Source: an uncultured Flavobacteriales bacterium (GTDB lineage Bacteria > Bacteroidota > Bacteroidia > Flavobacteriales_D > Sanyastnellaceae). From it: a stretch of 64,000 bases of DNA. Every line of letters starts with the position of its first letter. Positions within the stretch are counted from its first letter, which is position 1. Location of the stretch: contig CAJWII010000001.1 of assembly GCA_913041065.1 (NCBI GenBank), positions 9,456-73,455 on the forward strand. Direction: 5' to 3'. Made by a program: the position numbers and the translations under genes. Shown piece by piece: positions 9,434 to 20,773 of this stretch. The notes beneath the pieces are model-generated. The model was not told where the DNA came from and searched no databases. It saw only the letters and a list, made by a program, of their open reading frames with translations.

Positions 9434-10735
9434 ATGACTCTCAGTTGGCACTTTCCCCATGGACATTCAAGGCTGTGCGCCTTGGCCTTGGCGTGGGCCA
9501 GCGCGATGGTGGTCAGCGCACAACCTTCCACGTTCCCACCCCTGCCTGTCGACGACGCTCGAATTCAAGGGGTGACCTTCCATCCCGTGGGCCAACCCAT
9601 CGCACCGCCCGTGGTCTCCTTGGAGCAGTCCCAAGAGCGGGGCGTGTTGGAACTGCGGTTTGACGACATGACGGGGGATTACACCCCCTGGGAGGTCCAA
9701 ATCGTCCACTGCGACCGCCACTGGCAGCCCTCCGACCTTCACCCCAGCGAATACCTGCAAGGATTCTACTCCACCCCCACCGCCGACGACGAAGCGAGCT
9801 TCGGGACCAAGGTGGACTTCACCCACCACCTGTTGCGGTTGCCCAACGACGACTTGAGGTGGACCCGTAGCGGCAATTATTTGCTCCAAATCGTCGACCC
9901 TTACGACCCTGAACGGCCTTTGGTGCAGCGCAGGTTCGTGGTGTTCGAGGAGTTGTGCGACGTGAACGCCAAGGTGGGCGAACCGTCGGATTTGGCCTTG
10001 GTGAGAAGCCACCAAGAAGTGCACTTCACCTTGAAAGAGCGGAACTACAGCCTGTCAGACCCGTACGACCGGTTGACCGTCACCGTGGTGCCCAACTGGA
10101 CCTGGTCGAGGGCCATCACCGGCATGGAACCACGGTTCGTCAAAGGCGCGGAGATCGACTTCACCCGGTCCGGCCACGTGTTTGAAGGCGGCAACACGTT
10201 CCGATTTGTGGATCTCAAAGGCCTCGAGTTCAGCGCAAGAGGCGTCGCACGACTGGAAGAACATCCCGAGGCTTGGCACTTCTGGCTGGAGACGGACGAG
10301 CGGCGCACCTACGATTACTTCAGCGGAGGCCAAGACATCCACGGCGCGTCCGTCACCCACAACGACCGACTCGACCCCTACACAGGGAGCGACCACGTGC
10401 AGGTGCATTGGTCCTTGGACACCCGGCACCCGCTGGCTGGCAGGGACATCTATGTGGTGGGGGCGTTGAGTCAACACGAGTGCAGGTCCGACTTCAAGAT
10501 GACCTACAACCCCGACCGTGGCCTGTACACCCTGGACCAAACCCTGAAGCAGGGCTACCACAACTACCACTACGTGGTGCGGGAACAAGGCGACCGCGAC
10601 TCGGCAGGGCAGCTGCTTGACGTGGAGGGAAGCCACGCCCAAACCAACAACCTCTACACCCTGGTGGTGCATTACGACGACTGGGAAGGCTACGACCGCG
10701 TGGTGGGCCTTTCACAATGGGAATCGAGTCCATGA
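9434..10735 (+). CDS. DUF5103-like protein (T9SS plug-type domain family), secreted
   Basis: Signal-like N-terminus from the ATG at 9434 (LCALALAWASAMVVSAQ). The block LELRFDDMTGDYTPWEVQIVHCDRHWQPSDLHPSEYLQGF matches my recollection of DUF5103. The start could instead be 9386. Confidence 0.6.
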   Translation: MTLSWHFPHGHSRLCALALAWASAMVVSAQPSTFPPLPVDDARIQGVTFHPVGQPIAPPVVSLEQSQERGVLELRFDDMTGDYTPWEVQIVHCDRHWQPSDLHPSEYLQGFYSTPTADDEASFGTKVDFTHHLLRLPNDDLRWTRSGNYLLQIVDPYDPERPLVQRRFVVFEELCDVNAKVGEPSDLALVRSHQEVHFTLKERNYSLSDPYDRLTVTVVPNWTWSRAITGMEPRFVKGAEIDFTRSGHVFEGGNTFRFVDLKGLEFSARGVARLEEHPEAWHFWLETDERRTYDYFSGGQDIHGASVTHNDRLDPYTGSDHVQVHWSLDTRHPLAGRDIYVVGALSQHECRSDFKMTYNPDRGLYTLDQTLKQGYHNYHYVVREQGDRDSAGQLLDVEGSHAQTNNLYTLVVHYDDWEGYDRVVGLSQWESSP

Positions 10736-11454
10736 AACAACTGAACATCTGGATCACTGGCGCCTCCAGCGGCATCGGAAAAGCTTGTGCCTTGACCTTG
10801 GCCGGAGCAGGCCACCACGTCCTCGCCTCCGCGAGGTCCGAAGCCGCTTTGGACGCGCTGGCTGACGAAGCCCAGGGCCTGGCCGGCTCGGTGTCCACCC
10901 TCCCCTGCGACGTCACTGACGTGGCGTCTCTGAACCGATGCGTGGAGTGGATTGCTGACCAATGGAAAGGCCTGGACGTGGTCGTCCCCAACGCGGGCAT
11001 CGGCTACTTCGACCCGTTGGAAGCTGCAAAAATCGAGGAGTGGCACGCCATGGTGGACGTCAACGTCACCGGGGTGTTGAACACCTTGCACGCGACGCTG
11101 CCTCTGTTGTTGGCTTCCAAAGGGCATGTGGTGAACATCGGTTCCTTGGCCGCCCGACAGGTGTTCCCCAACAGCGGCATTTACTGCGCCACCAAGCACG
11201 CCGTCCTGGCCATTTCTGAGTCGCTCCGAACGGAGTTCAAGGGCCGACTGGCCATCACCACGATCAACCCGGGTGCTGTCAACACCCCCTTCATCGACCG
11301 CACGACCAACGAGGACCTGCGGGCCAACTACCGACCCCAATTCGACGTCGGAATAACCCCTGAATACGTGGCGGAAGCGGCGCTGTTTGCCGTGGAAAGT
11401 CGAGGCAAAGGCATCGTTAGCGAGATCACAATTCGCCCAGACATAAGACGCTAA
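10732..11454 (+). CDS. SDR-family oxidoreductase
   Basis: TGASSGIGKA cofactor motif, NAG, and the catalytic YCATKHA (YxxxK). ATGA overlap with the upstream gene. Confidence 0.9.
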   Translation: MKQLNIWITGASSGIGKACALTLAGAGHHVLASARSEAALDALADEAQGLAGSVSTLPCDVTDVASLNRCVEWIADQWKGLDVVVPNAGIGYFDPLEAAKIEEWHAMVDVNVTGVLNTLHATLPLLLASKGHVVNIGSLAARQVFPNSGIYCATKHAVLAISESLRTEFKGRLAITTINPGAVNTPFIDRTTNEDLRANYRPQFDVGITPEYVAEAALFAVESRGKGIVSEITIRPDIRR

Positions 11455-12575
11455 TGACGTATAAGTTGAGACTTATCACCTCTTCCATAGGTTGGGGAGG
11501 ATTGGAGCGCAACTTGCTGGTCATGGCCCAGTGGATGGCCCACACCGGTCACGAGGTGTCGTACGCCGCCGTGGAAGGTTCCCCAAGCTGGGACCACGCG
11601 CCGTCGTTTGGGGTCACCCCGGAAGCCATCCCCCATCATCCTCGGCGCGCCACCGTGTTGGATGTCCGCAGGTGGAAGCAATTGGCCCGGGAATCCGACC
11701 TGGTGTGGATCCGGGCACCGCGCGATTTGGACGGGGCCAGCCGCGCGTGCCGCCAAACCGGGACCCCCTTGCTCGTGCAGCAGGCCATGCAGATCTCCAA
11801 GCCAAAAACTTTATGGTGGCACAAGCGCCGGTACAGAACGGTGGACGCGTGGGTCAGTGGGCTGCAGTCCTTGCGAAATGAAGCCCTGGAGAACGCCCCC
11901 CTTCAAGGCCCCCAAACCCACGTCCTCCCCCTCCCTCTGGCGCCTCGGTGGTTTGACACCAGCCGCCCGGATGCGCAGACCGCCCGCCGCAACCTCGGCT
12001 TGGCCATGCCTGACAGCGTGAAGCTGGTCGGCACGGTGGGACGACTGGACCCAGGCAAGGGCCAGCGGATTGCCATTCGTGCTTTGGCCCTGCTTCCTGA
12101 CCATGTTCACTGGCTGTTTGTCGGGGACAACACCGTCAACAACGGCGTCGACGAGGCGACCCACCTGAAGCACCTGGCCGCCGAATTGGGGGTGGCCGAC
12201 CGCGTCCATTGGCTGGAAGGCCGGGACGACGTGCTGCCGGTGTACGACGCCCTGGACGCATTTGTCATGACCAGCCACGCCGAGACGATTGGAACGGTCA
12301 CGCTGGAGGCCATGGCACGCCGCGTGCCCGTTGTGGGCTCCCTGGCTGGCGGCACCACGGAATTGCTGGACGAAGGGTGTGGCATCGGGTTTGAATCCCT
12401 CAACGACCGCGACCTCACACGTGCGGTCCACGACGTTCTTGACATGGACGACAGCGCAACAGCCGTGATGTGCGACTTGGCCCTGAACCACGCAATGAAA
12501 TCGCATCCGGACGCGTTGATTCCCGCTTGGAACGACTTGCTTCGCCAAACCATTCAGTCGGCACGGACGACGTAA
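11454..12575 (+). CDS. glycosyltransferase family 4 (GT-B fold)
   Basis: C-terminal GT1/GT4 signature: GRLDPGKGQ, then [34 protein letters not shown] overlap with the SDR gene. Confidence 0.8.
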   Translation: MTYKLRLITSSIGWGGLERNLLVMAQWMAHTGHEVSYAAVEGSPSWDHAPSFGVTPEAIPHHPRRATVLDVRRWKQLARESDLVWIRAPRDLDGASRACRQTGTPLLVQQAMQISKPKTLWWHKRRYRTVDAWVSGLQSLRNEALENAPLQGPQTHVLPLPLAPRWFDTSRPDAQTARRNLGLAMPDSVKLVGTVGRLDPGKGQRIAIRALALLPDHVHWLFVGDNTVNNGVDEATHLKHLAAELGVADRVHWLEGRDDVLPVYDALDAFVMTSHAETIGTVTLEAMARRVPVVGSLAGGTTELLDEGCGIGFESLNDRDLTRAVHDVLDMDDSATAVMCDLALNHAMKSHPDALIPAWNDLLRQTIQSARTT

Positions 12576-12580
12576 GTTTG
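12573..12580 (+). promoter_or_regulatory. -7 promoter box TAAGTTTG upstream of prfC
   Basis: Exact TAnnTTTG match, 8 nt before the prfC ATG. It overlaps the stop codon of the glycosyltransferase. Confidence 0.4.
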
Positions 12581-12588
12581 CAGCCACC

Positions 12589-14196
12589 ATGAGCGCTGCC
12601 ATCCAAGACCAAATCCAACGCCGTCGCACCTTCGCGATCATCTCGCACCCGGACGCCGGAAAAACGACGTTGACGGAGAAATTCCTCCTTTTTGGCGGTG
12701 CCATCCAAACGGCTGGTGCGGTCAAGAACAACAAGATCACCAAGTCAGCGGCGTCCGACTTCATGGAGATCGAACGCCAGCGCGGCATCTCGGTGGCCAC
12801 GTCGGTCATGGCGTTTCACTACAAGGACATTTTGGTCAACCTCTTGGACACCCCGGGGCACAGGGATTTCGCCGAGGATACCTACCGGACGTTGACGGCG
12901 GTGGACAGCGTCATTTTGGTCATCGACTGCGTCAAGGGTGTGGAGCCCCAAACCGAGCGCCTGATGGAAGTCTGTCGGATGCGCAACACGCCTGTGATTG
13001 TCTTCATCAACAAAATGGACCTCGAGGGCCGCGACCCCACCGACTTGCTCGACGAGGTGGAAGCCAAGCTGAACATCCAAGTGCGGCCATTGTCTTGGCC
13101 TATTTCTCAGGGGCAAACCTTCCAAGGCGTGTACAACCTCTACAACAAGAGCCTGCGACTGTTTCAAGCGGACAAAACGAAGGTGGCCAAAGACGTGGTC
13201 GCCATCGAATCCCTGGACGACAGCGCCCTGGACGCCCTCGTGGGAGAACACGCCGACACGCTCCGCGAGGACGTGGAACTTGTGGAAGGGGTCTACGACG
13301 CCTGGAACCAAGCCCCTTACCTTGAGGGCAAACTGGCGCCGGTCTTCTTTGGCAGCGCGGTGAACAACTTTGGCGTGCAGGAAATGCTGGACACCTTCAT
13401 TGACATCGCGCCCAACCCCAAACCGCGCGAGACGTCCAGCCGCGAAGTGGCGCCCGACGAGTCTAAATTCACCGGGTTCATCTTCAAGATTCACGCGAAC
13501 ATTGACCCCAAGCACCGCGACCGCATCGCCTTCCTTCGCGTGTGCTCCGGCAGCTTCAAGCGCAACACCTTCTACCAGCACACGCGCCTGACCAAAAAAC
13601 TGAAGTTCGCCAACCCCGCCACCTTCCTTGCCCAAGAGAAGAGCGTCGTGGACGAGGCTTGGCCGGGCGATGTGGTGGGCCTCTACGACACGGGAAACTT
13701 CAAAATCGGCGACACACTCACCGAGGGGGAGGACTTGCAATTCCGAGGCATCCCCAGCTTTTCGCCCGAGATCTTCAAGGAATTGGTCAACAAGGACCCC
13801 ATGAAGAGCAAACAGCTGGAGAAAGGCATCAAACAGCTGACCGACGAGGGGGTGGCCCAATTGTTCATCCGTGAAGCGGGCAACCGCAAAATCGTGGGGA
13901 CCGTGGGCGAGCTGCAATTTGAGGTCATCCAATACCGGCTGGAACACGAGTACGGCGCCAAGTGCGAATTCCAGGCCAAACCCTACTCCAAGGCGTGCTG
14001 GATTGAATCGGAGAACGAAGACAAGCTCTCCGAATTCCGACGCATCAAAGCCCAGGACATCGTGCGCGACAAAGACGGCCTCGAAGTGTACCTCGCGCCG
14101 TCCCAGTTCATGCTGAACATGGAGATTCAGAATTTTCCTGAAATCACCTTCCATTTCACCAGTGAATTCAAGACGGCACAAGAAGAGCGCGCTTGA
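12589..14196 (+). CDS. prfC: peptide chain release factor 3
   Basis: [34 protein letters not shown] and NKMD GTPase motifs. 535 aa. Confidence 0.97.
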   Translation: MSAAIQDQIQRRRTFAIISHPDAGKTTLTEKFLLFGGAIQTAGAVKNNKITKSAASDFMEIERQRGISVATSVMAFHYKDILVNLLDTPGHRDFAEDTYRTLTAVDSVILVIDCVKGVEPQTERLMEVCRMRNTPVIVFINKMDLEGRDPTDLLDEVEAKLNIQVRPLSWPISQGQTFQGVYNLYNKSLRLFQADKTKVAKDVVAIESLDDSALDALVGEHADTLREDVELVEGVYDAWNQAPYLEGKLAPVFFGSAVNNFGVQEMLDTFIDIAPNPKPRETSSREVAPDESKFTGFIFKIHANIDPKHRDRIAFLRVCSGSFKRNTFYQHTRLTKKLKFANPATFLAQEKSVVDEAWPGDVVGLYDTGNFKIGDTLTEGEDLQFRGIPSFSPEIFKELVNKDPMKSKQLEKGIKQLTDEGVAQLFIREAGNRKIVGTVGELQFEVIQYRLEHEYGAKCEFQAKPYSKACWIESENEDKLSEFRRIKAQDIVRDKDGLEVYLAPSQFMLNMEIQNFPEITFHFTSEFKTAQEERA

Positions 14197-14218
14197 TGCG
14201 TTGTACCTTCCACACCGC

Positions 14219-14869
14219 ATGAATTCCGTGCCCTTTCGCCTCGTATTTGTGTGTGCATTCACCTTGTGGATGGGCCTTGCCGCGTCAAGCCAAACCGACA
14301 GCCTCCCCGCACAAGTGGTGCAAGTCAGCGGGCTGGTGGTCACTGGCGATTCGCTGTCTCCTCTGCCGTACTGCACTGTGTTCAGGTCGCGGGACCGCCG
14401 TGGCACCATGACCGACGCTCGCGGGTTTTTCAGTCTTCCGGCGCTGACGGGAGACACCTTGGAGTTCTCGAGCGTCGGGTATGTGAGCCAACAAGCCGTC
14501 ATTCCTGAAGGGGGTGAGTTGGCCCGTGTGAACCTCGTTCAACCGATGGGCCGAGACACCGTGGCCATGAAGAATGCATTCGTCTATCCGTGGCCCAGTC
14601 GCGAGCGCTTCCGTCAGGACTTCTTGGCCCTCGGCCTGCCGAACCAAGGCCTCGACCCGGCTTGGGACTCCCCAATGGACCCAATGGACGTGTACGACCG
14701 CCTCAGTGAGGTCGGCCGCGACGGGCAGTCTACGTCGTCGGAGGTGCTGGCCGCCCAAGCACAACAAGCCGGCTATGCAGGTCAGGCTCCACCCGTAAAT
14801 TTGCTGAATCCAGTGGCTTGGGCCCAGTTCCTCAAGGCCTTGAAATCCGGCGATTTGCGAAGGCAATGA
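14219..14869 (+). CDS. carboxypeptidase-regulatory-like domain protein
   Basis: Signal peptide MNSVPFRLVFVCAFTLWMGLAASSQ. CarboxypepD_reg-like block VSGLVVTGDSLSPLPYCTVF..DARGFFSLPALTGDTLEFSSVGY. ATGA-coupled to the downstream receptor. Confidence 0.7.
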   Translation: MNSVPFRLVFVCAFTLWMGLAASSQTDSLPAQVVQVSGLVVTGDSLSPLPYCTVFRSRDRRGTMTDARGFFSLPALTGDTLEFSSVGYVSQQAVIPEGGELARVNLVQPMGRDTVAMKNAFVYPWPSRERFRQDFLALGLPNQGLDPAWDSPMDPMDVYDRLSEVGRDGQSTSSEVLAAQAQQAGYAGQAPPVNLLNPVAWAQFLKALKSGDLRRQ

Positions 14870-17400
14870 ATTCCCGAAGCTGTCGCATTCTCCTCGCGTG
14901 TTGGCTGGGCATGATGTCCGCGGCCGGCGCACGGGCCCAAGGCTTTTTCCTCACTGGCGACGTGCAGGACACCCAGGGCACCCCATTGCCTGGTGCAGCG
15001 GTCTTGGTGAAAGATCACCTTCGGCTCGGCGTGACCACCGACGCAGAAGGCCAATACAGCATCGAGTTTCCCCACGCCGGTCCCTGGACCGTGCAAGCTT
15101 CGTTTGTTGGGCACGGATCAGATGCGTGGTCCTGGACGTTCGAGCGTGAAGCCGTGCAGCACCGATTCAGGCTCAAGTCAGGGACCAACCTTCGAGAAGC
15201 GGAGGTGGTCGGCGACGGCCGCCAAGACGTGACAGTGCAACGCATCGACCCCAAGCTGGCGGGAAAGATCCCCACCCCTCGGGGCACGATTGAGGACGCC
15301 TTGCTGCAAGCGCCGGTGAACTTCACCTCTGAATTGAGCAGCGCCTACAACGTACGGGGTGGCTCGTTCGACGAGAATTTGGTTTACGTCAACGACATCG
15401 AGGTGTACCGCCCCTTCTTGGTGAGGAGTGGCCAACAAGAAGGGATATAGTTCGCCAACACCGACATGGTGGACCGCATCGAATTCAGTGCAGGTGGGTT
15501 TGAAGCCAAGTACGGGGACAAACTGAGCTCGGTGCTGGACATCCACTACCGCAAGCCCACCGAAGCGCAGACACGGACCACCGTTAGCGCGCTTGGCGCG
15601 CAGCTTCAACACGACAACGTGCTGGGGCCGGTGCGCATGAACGTGGGCCTTCGCTACCGCAACAACAGCTATATTTTGTCCACCCTGGACGAACGCGGGG
15701 AATATGCCCCCACCTACCTCGACGGCCAATGCTACCTGACGTGGGACCCGGACGGGTACGGCCCCTGGGAACTGCAAGCCCTCGGCGTGTACGGCCGAAA
15801 CGACTACAGCTTCTTGCCGGACAGCCGCGAAACCAACATCGGCACAGTGAACCAAGCCGCCCGGTTGACGGTGTACTACGACGGACGTGAAGAGTCGGGC
15901 TACGAGACGGGGTTCGGCGCCCTGGCCGCAGAACGGCGCACCGAACAATCGCGCATCCGGTTCATCCAGTCGATTTTCCAAACGGCCGAGCGCGAGTCCT
16001 TCGACGTCCTCGGCCAATACTTGCTCAGCGAATTGGAGCGAGACCCAGGCGGCGACACCTTCGATGAAGGCCAAACGTTTGGCGTCGGCGGCTTCCTGCA
16101 ACACGGTCGCAACCAACTGTGGGCACGTGTGGTCAGTTCTGCACTCAAGGGAAGCCACATCCTGGAAAAGCACCATGTGGAATGGGGCATCAAGCACCGG
16201 ATCGAAACGTTCGACGACATCGTGTCCGAATGGAACGTGGTGGATTCGGCAGGGTTCTTCGCGCCGCATCCCGCTGACAATTTGGGCTACCTCGACCCCG
16301 AAGACCGTCCCCATCAGGTGATCGCCCTGCCCTATTTCGTGTCCGAACACAACCTGGTGTCAGCCCACCGCAGCACCGCCTTTGTCCAGGACACGTGGGC
16401 GCAAGAAACCTCGCGGGGCGACCTCCGAGTTCATGTCGGCGCCAGAATCCATCGGTGGTCGGTGTTGACTCACCCCGCAGCCGGCACGCGCAACACCCAT
16501 GTGGTGGGCGGCCCACGGGCCAACGTGTCCTTCGTTCCTGCAAGCATGGCCCAGACGGTGCTCCGTATGTCCGGCGGCTACTATTACCAACCCCCGTTTT
16601 ACCGTGAGATGCGAGGGCTGAACGGGCTCGTCCGCGACGACGTCGCGCCCCAACGCGCGATCCACGCGGTGGCCGGAATCGACCACGAGTTCTCTTCCAA
16701 GGGACGTCCCTTCAAGTTTGTGGGAGAGATTTTTTGGAAAGACCTCGACAACCTCATCCCTTACGAAATTGAAAACGTCCGACAGCGCTATTATGCCATC
16801 AACAACGCCTCTGGCTACGCCGCCGGCGTGGACATGATGCTCAACGGGGAATTCATTCCAGGCATCCAAAGTTGGCTGCGCATGTCTGCGCTCAAAACGG
16901 AGGAAGACCTCGTCGACGACAGCTACGAGGAGTACTTCAATGCCGACGGACTTCAAGTCGTGCCTGGCTACCACAGCGGCCCGTATGCCAACATCACCGA
17001 CACTGTGGTGGTGCTCCCAGGCATGATTCCCCGTCCCGCAGACCAACGGTTCAGCTTCAGCCTGCTGTTTCAAGACGAGATGCCGCGCAACCCGGACTAC
17101 AAAGTGTTGCTCAGCCTCTTCTACGGCAGCGGGTTGCCCTACGGACCGCCGTCCTTCAACAGGTACCAGGACGTACTCCGCACCCCGGCATACCGCCGCG
17201 TCGACGTGGGCTTCTCCCGGGCCTTGTTCAGCGACGAAGCCGAACGGGACGGGCTCGTGTCCATCGAAGTGTTCAACCTGCTGGGGATCAACAACACCAT
17301 CAACCACAACTGGATTCAGGACGTGAACGGACGCTATTACGCCGTGCCCAATTTCTTGACCGGCCGCAGGCTGAACTTGAAATTCACCGTCTCGTTCTGA
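14866..17400 (+). pseudogene. TonB-dependent receptor (CarboxypepD_reg N-domain) interrupted by a single in-frame TAG at 15448..15450
   Basis: ORFs 14818..15450 and 15466..17400 share one frame. Read-through gives [39 protein letters not shown], a contiguous conserved plug block. It has a signal peptide from the ATG at 14866 and a C-terminal beta-barrel ending ..LNLKFTVSF. Confidence 0.8.
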
Positions 17401-17419
17401 CGGGAGCCACGCCCCGCGG

Positions 17420-19441
17420 TCAGGACTGAATCCTGGCCAAGAAGGTGTCTTCGTCCACGATAGGAATTCCGAGCTTCTCCGCTTTGGCCAGCTTGCTGGG
17501 TCCCATGTTGTCTCCGGCCAGAACCATGGTCGTCTTGGAACTGATGCTGCCCACCAACCGTCCTCCGTGAGCGGTCACCGCAGATTTGGCCTCGTCGCGA
17601 GACATGGTGGTGAACACGCCGCTGACCACCACGACTTCACCCTCGAGGGCGTCCCCCAACGGCGCTTCCTCAACCACTTCGGTTTGAATGCCTGCAGCCA
17701 CGAGCCGAGCCACCATCTCTCGGAACGCGGGGTCTGCAAAATGAGACACGACGCTCTCCGCGATGACGGGTCCAATGCCCTCCAACGCCACCACCTCTTC
17801 CACGCTAGCTTGGGCGACCTTCTCAAAGGAACCCAGACTGCCGGCCAACAGCTTGGCCACCGTCTCACCCACATGACGTATGCCCAGCGCAAACAAGACG
17901 CGTTCAAAAGGGACTGCCTTGCTCTCGGCCAGGCTGACCAGCAGGTTGTCCACCGATTTTTGGGCCATGCGCTCCAGCGGCAACAGTTGATCCGCGCTCA
18001 AGGCGTACAAGTCCGCCACGTCCCGAAGAAGGCCCGCGTCCACCAACTGCGCCACGGTTTCTTTCCCGAGCCCATCCACATTCATGGCCTTCCTCGAGAT
18101 GAAGTGCTCGATGCGTCCGCGCACCTGAGCTGGACAATCCGCGAAATTCACACAATAATGTTGGGCCTCGCCCTCCACGCGTTCCAAGGTGGACCCACAC
18201 TCTGGGCAAGCCGACGGAAACACCAACGACGGCGGCGCAAACAACCCTTCAGCGTGGGCGGCCTCGCGGTCCACACCCACAATCTTGGGGATGATCTCCC
18301 CCCCCTTCTCCACAAAGACCATGTCACCGATGCGCAGGTCCAACTTGGCGATTTGGTCGGCGTTGTGCAAGCTGGCGTGCTGCACCGTCGTCCCGCCGAG
18401 TTGCACCGGATCGAGGTCGGCCACGGGCGTCACAGCCCCAGTGCGTCCCACTTGGTACTTCACGTCCACCAATTCGGTGCGGGCCCGCTCGGTTTCAAAC
18501 TTGTACGCCAACGCCCATCTTGGGCTCTTGGCCGTGTTCCCAAGTCGCTTTTGGTGGTTGTAACGGTTGACCTTGATGACAATGCCGTCGATGGCGAAGT
18601 TGAGGTTGTGGCGGGCCTTGTCCCAATGCGCCACAAAGGCCATGATCCCGTCCACCGACGTGGTGACTTCCAAACTCCTTCCCTGGGGCGGCTTAAATCC
18701 CCACGTCCCGGTGCGCTCCACAGCCTCACTGTGACGGTCGATGCCAAGCGCCTGCATCGCGCCTCCGTCAACGTTGTAGAGCATGCAATCCAGCGGTCGG
18801 TCGGCGACCAAGCGGCTGTCCTGGAGTTTTAGGGTGCCGGCTGCGGTGTTGCGGGGGTTGGCAAACTCTTGCTCGCCGGACTCCCTGCGCAACGCGTTGA
18901 GCGCGTTGAATGCATCCCATGGGAAAAAGATCTCTCCCCGGATTTCGAGTGCGGCGGGGGCGCCAGGAAGGAGCTTCAATGGAACCGTCCGAATGGTGGC
19001 CACGTTGGTGCGCACGTCTTCGCCCACAGCGCCGTCGCCTCGAGTGAGGGCGCGCACCAGGGCGCGCTCCTCGTACCAAAGACTGATGGCCACCCCATCG
19101 TACTTGAGTTCCATGACAAACTCCACGTCCTCCCCTGGCAACGAAGCTTGCACACGTTCCGCCCACTGGGCCACCTCCTCAGCGTTGTAGCTGTTGCTCA
19201 GCGACAACATGGCGTGCCTGTGAGGCACCTTCTCGAACTTGTCTGTGAGGTCACCACCCACGCGTTGTGTCGGCGAATTCGCATCGTAGGCTTCGGGGTG
19301 CGCCGCCTCAAGTTGGGTCAACTCTTCCAACAACGCGTCAAACTCTCGGTCGGAGATCGACGGCTCAGCAAGCACGTAATACTTGTGGTTGTGGGCGTGC
19401 AGTTCAGCCCGAAGTGCGTCAATCCTTTGGAGGGCGTCCAT
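17420..19441 (-). CDS. ligA: NAD+-dependent DNA ligase
   Basis: The start MDALQRIDALRAELHAHNHKYY is typical of LigA. Also the adenylation motif ELKYDG, the Zn finger CPECGS..C..C, and a C-terminal BRCT domain. Confidence 0.96.
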   Translation of the reverse strand: MDALQRIDALRAELHAHNHKYYVLAEPSISDREFDALLEELTQLEAAHPEAYDANSPTQRVGGDLTDKFEKVPHRHAMLSLSNSYNAEEVAQWAERVQASLPGEDVEFVMELKYDGVAISLWYEERALVRALTRGDGAVGEDVRTNVATIRTVPLKLLPGAPAALEIRGEIFFPWDAFNALNALRRESGEQEFANPRNTAAGTLKLQDSRLVADRPLDCMLYNVDGGAMQALGIDRHSEAVERTGTWGFKPPQGRSLEVTTSVDGIMAFVAHWDKARHNLNFAIDGIVIKVNRYNHQKRLGNTAKSPRWALAYKFETERARTELVDVKYQVGRTGAVTPVADLDPVQLGGTTVQHASLHNADQIAKLDLRIGDMVFVEKGGEIIPKIVGVDREAAHAEGLFAPPSLVFPSACPECGSTLERVEGEAQHYCVNFADCPAQVRGRIEHFISRKAMNVDGLGKETVAQLVDAGLLRDVADLYALSADQLLPLERMAQKSVDNLLVSLAESKAVPFERVLFALGIRHVGETVAKLLAGSLGSFEKVAQASVEEVVALEGIGPVIAESVVSHFADPAFREMVARLVAAGIQTEVVEEAPLGDALEGEVVVVSGVFTTMSRDEAKSAVTAHGGRLVGSISSKTTMVLAGDNMGPSKLAKAEKLGIPIVDEDTFLARIQS

Positions 19442-20351
19442 GCAATGAAGGTACCTCAAGTCGGGCCACAACATGCCTTGGCTTGCCCTGCAAGTCTTCC
19501 AGGATTTCCACGTGTTTCCAACGGCCTGAATCCGCCAACAACGCAGCCACGCCTTGTGCGTGGGCATGGTGACTCTCCATGCCAAGCCACCCTTCCTTTG
19601 AAAGCCCTCCGTCTTCGCACCACCTCACAAGTGCGTGATAAAACAAGAGCGGATCCTCGTCGGTCACGAACAGCGCCAAAGCCGGCTCGTGCTCCACCAC
19701 CCTGGCGTGCATGTCGGCGCATTCTGCCACAGGGATGTAGGGCGGGTTGGAGACCACAAGGTGGAAAGGCGCACTTGGGCGCGGCGCGGAAAGCAAGTCG
19801 GACTCCCCTGTAGTCACGTTCAAACCGAGGGCCTCAGCGTTGGCTTGGGCCACATCCAGTGCAGGTCGGCTGACGTCCCATGCGTGCACTTCCGCATGTG
19901 GGACCCGCTTTTTCAAGGACAACGCAATGCATCCAGATCCTGTGCACCAATCCAACGCACATGGGGCAGAATGGGGAACCGTCAAGAGCTTCTGTGCCAT
20001 CCAAGCTGAAAGCTCCTCCGTCTCTGGACGAGGAATGAGGACGTCTGGGGTAACGCGCAGCGCCATGCCGTCGAACCAGGCTTGACCCAAGACATGTTGC
20101 AAGGGCTCGCCCTCTGCCAACCTCGAGGCCCGCACAGCCAAACGGTCCAGCTCCGATTCTGACCAACGCCTCCCTTCGGCCAACCGTGCGCCTCGGGGTT
20201 GACCTGACTCATGCTCCATCAAGCGCAACGCCATGCCCTCTCGTTCCTCGACCTCAACGGAATCCAACCGAGAAAGGAGCCATCGTCGGACTTCCGGCTC
20301 AACGTTGGCAGACGGCCATGGGCCTGTACCTCGCCGAACCTCGCCGCTCAC
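19419..20351 (-). CDS. prmC: release-factor glutamine N5-methyltransferase
   Basis: SAM motif DWCTGSGCIAL and the NPPY motif (VVSNPPYIP). I propose the GTG start at 20351, which forms a GTGA overlap with the mgsA stop. The start is uncertain. Confidence 0.85.
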   Translation of the reverse strand: MSGEVRRGTGPWPSANVEPEVRRWLLSRLDSVEVEEREGMALRLMEHESGQPRGARLAEGRRWSESELDRLAVRASRLAEGEPLQHVLGQAWFDGMALRVTPDVLIPRPETEELSAWMAQKLLTVPHSAPCALDWCTGSGCIALSLKKRVPHAEVHAWDVSRPALDVAQANAEALGLNVTTGESDLLSAPRPSAPFHLVVSNPPYIPVAECADMHARVVEHEPALALFVTDEDPLLFYHALVRWCEDGGLSKEGWLGMESHHAHAQGVAALLADSGRWKHVEILEDLQGKPRHVVARLEVPSLHGRPPKD

Positions 20352-20728
20352 CCCTGCGCAGGGTTGGCCGCCTGCACCAGCAATTCTGCTGTGGCTCGGT
20401 TGGTGGCCAACGCCACGTTGTGCACGTCGCACTGGCGCAAAAGCATGTTCACGTCTGGCTCGTGGGGATGCTTGCCCATCGGGTCGCGGAAGAAGACGAC
20501 CGCGTCCACAAGGCCTTCGGTGATGAGGGCTGCGATTTGGGCGTCCCCTCCAAGGGGACCCGATGCCAAACGCCGCACAGACAACCCCAGCTCAGCCACC
20601 CGACCGCCTGTGGTTCCTGTGCCCACCAACTTAAGGGTCTTGAACCAAGCTTGATGGGCCTTCACAAAGTCCACCAAGTCGTCCTTTTTGCCGTCGTGGG
20701 CAATCAACGCGACGCGCTTCAATTCCAT
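20348..20728 (-). CDS. mgsA: methylglyoxal synthase
   Basis: 126 aa with VALIAHDGKKDD, GTGTTGG and PHEPDVNMLLR. Confidence 0.93.
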   Translation of the reverse strand: MELKRVALIAHDGKKDDLVDFVKAHQAWFKTLKLVGTGTTGGRVAELGLSVRRLASGPLGGDAQIAALITEGLVDAVVFFRDPMGKHPHEPDVNMLLRQCDVHNVALATNRATAELLVQAANPAQG

Positions 20729-20732
20729 GTCC

Positions 20733-20740
20733 CAAACTTA
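20733..20740 (-). promoter_or_regulatory. -7 promoter box TAAGTTTG upstream of mgsA
   Basis: Exact TAnnTTTG match on the minus strand, 4 nt before the mgsA ATG. Confidence 0.4.
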
Positions 20741-20773
20741 CACCGCATCCTCAAGCGGGTGCGGGGGCGCAGC

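Noticed and set aside
12745-14502. 585-aa minus-strand ORF antisense to prfC (also 11811..12809 antisense to the glycosyltransferase and 15178..16350 antisense to the receptor)
   Set aside because: These are shadows of strongly supported plus-strand genes. They are low-complexity Val/Arg/His/Gly-rich translations.
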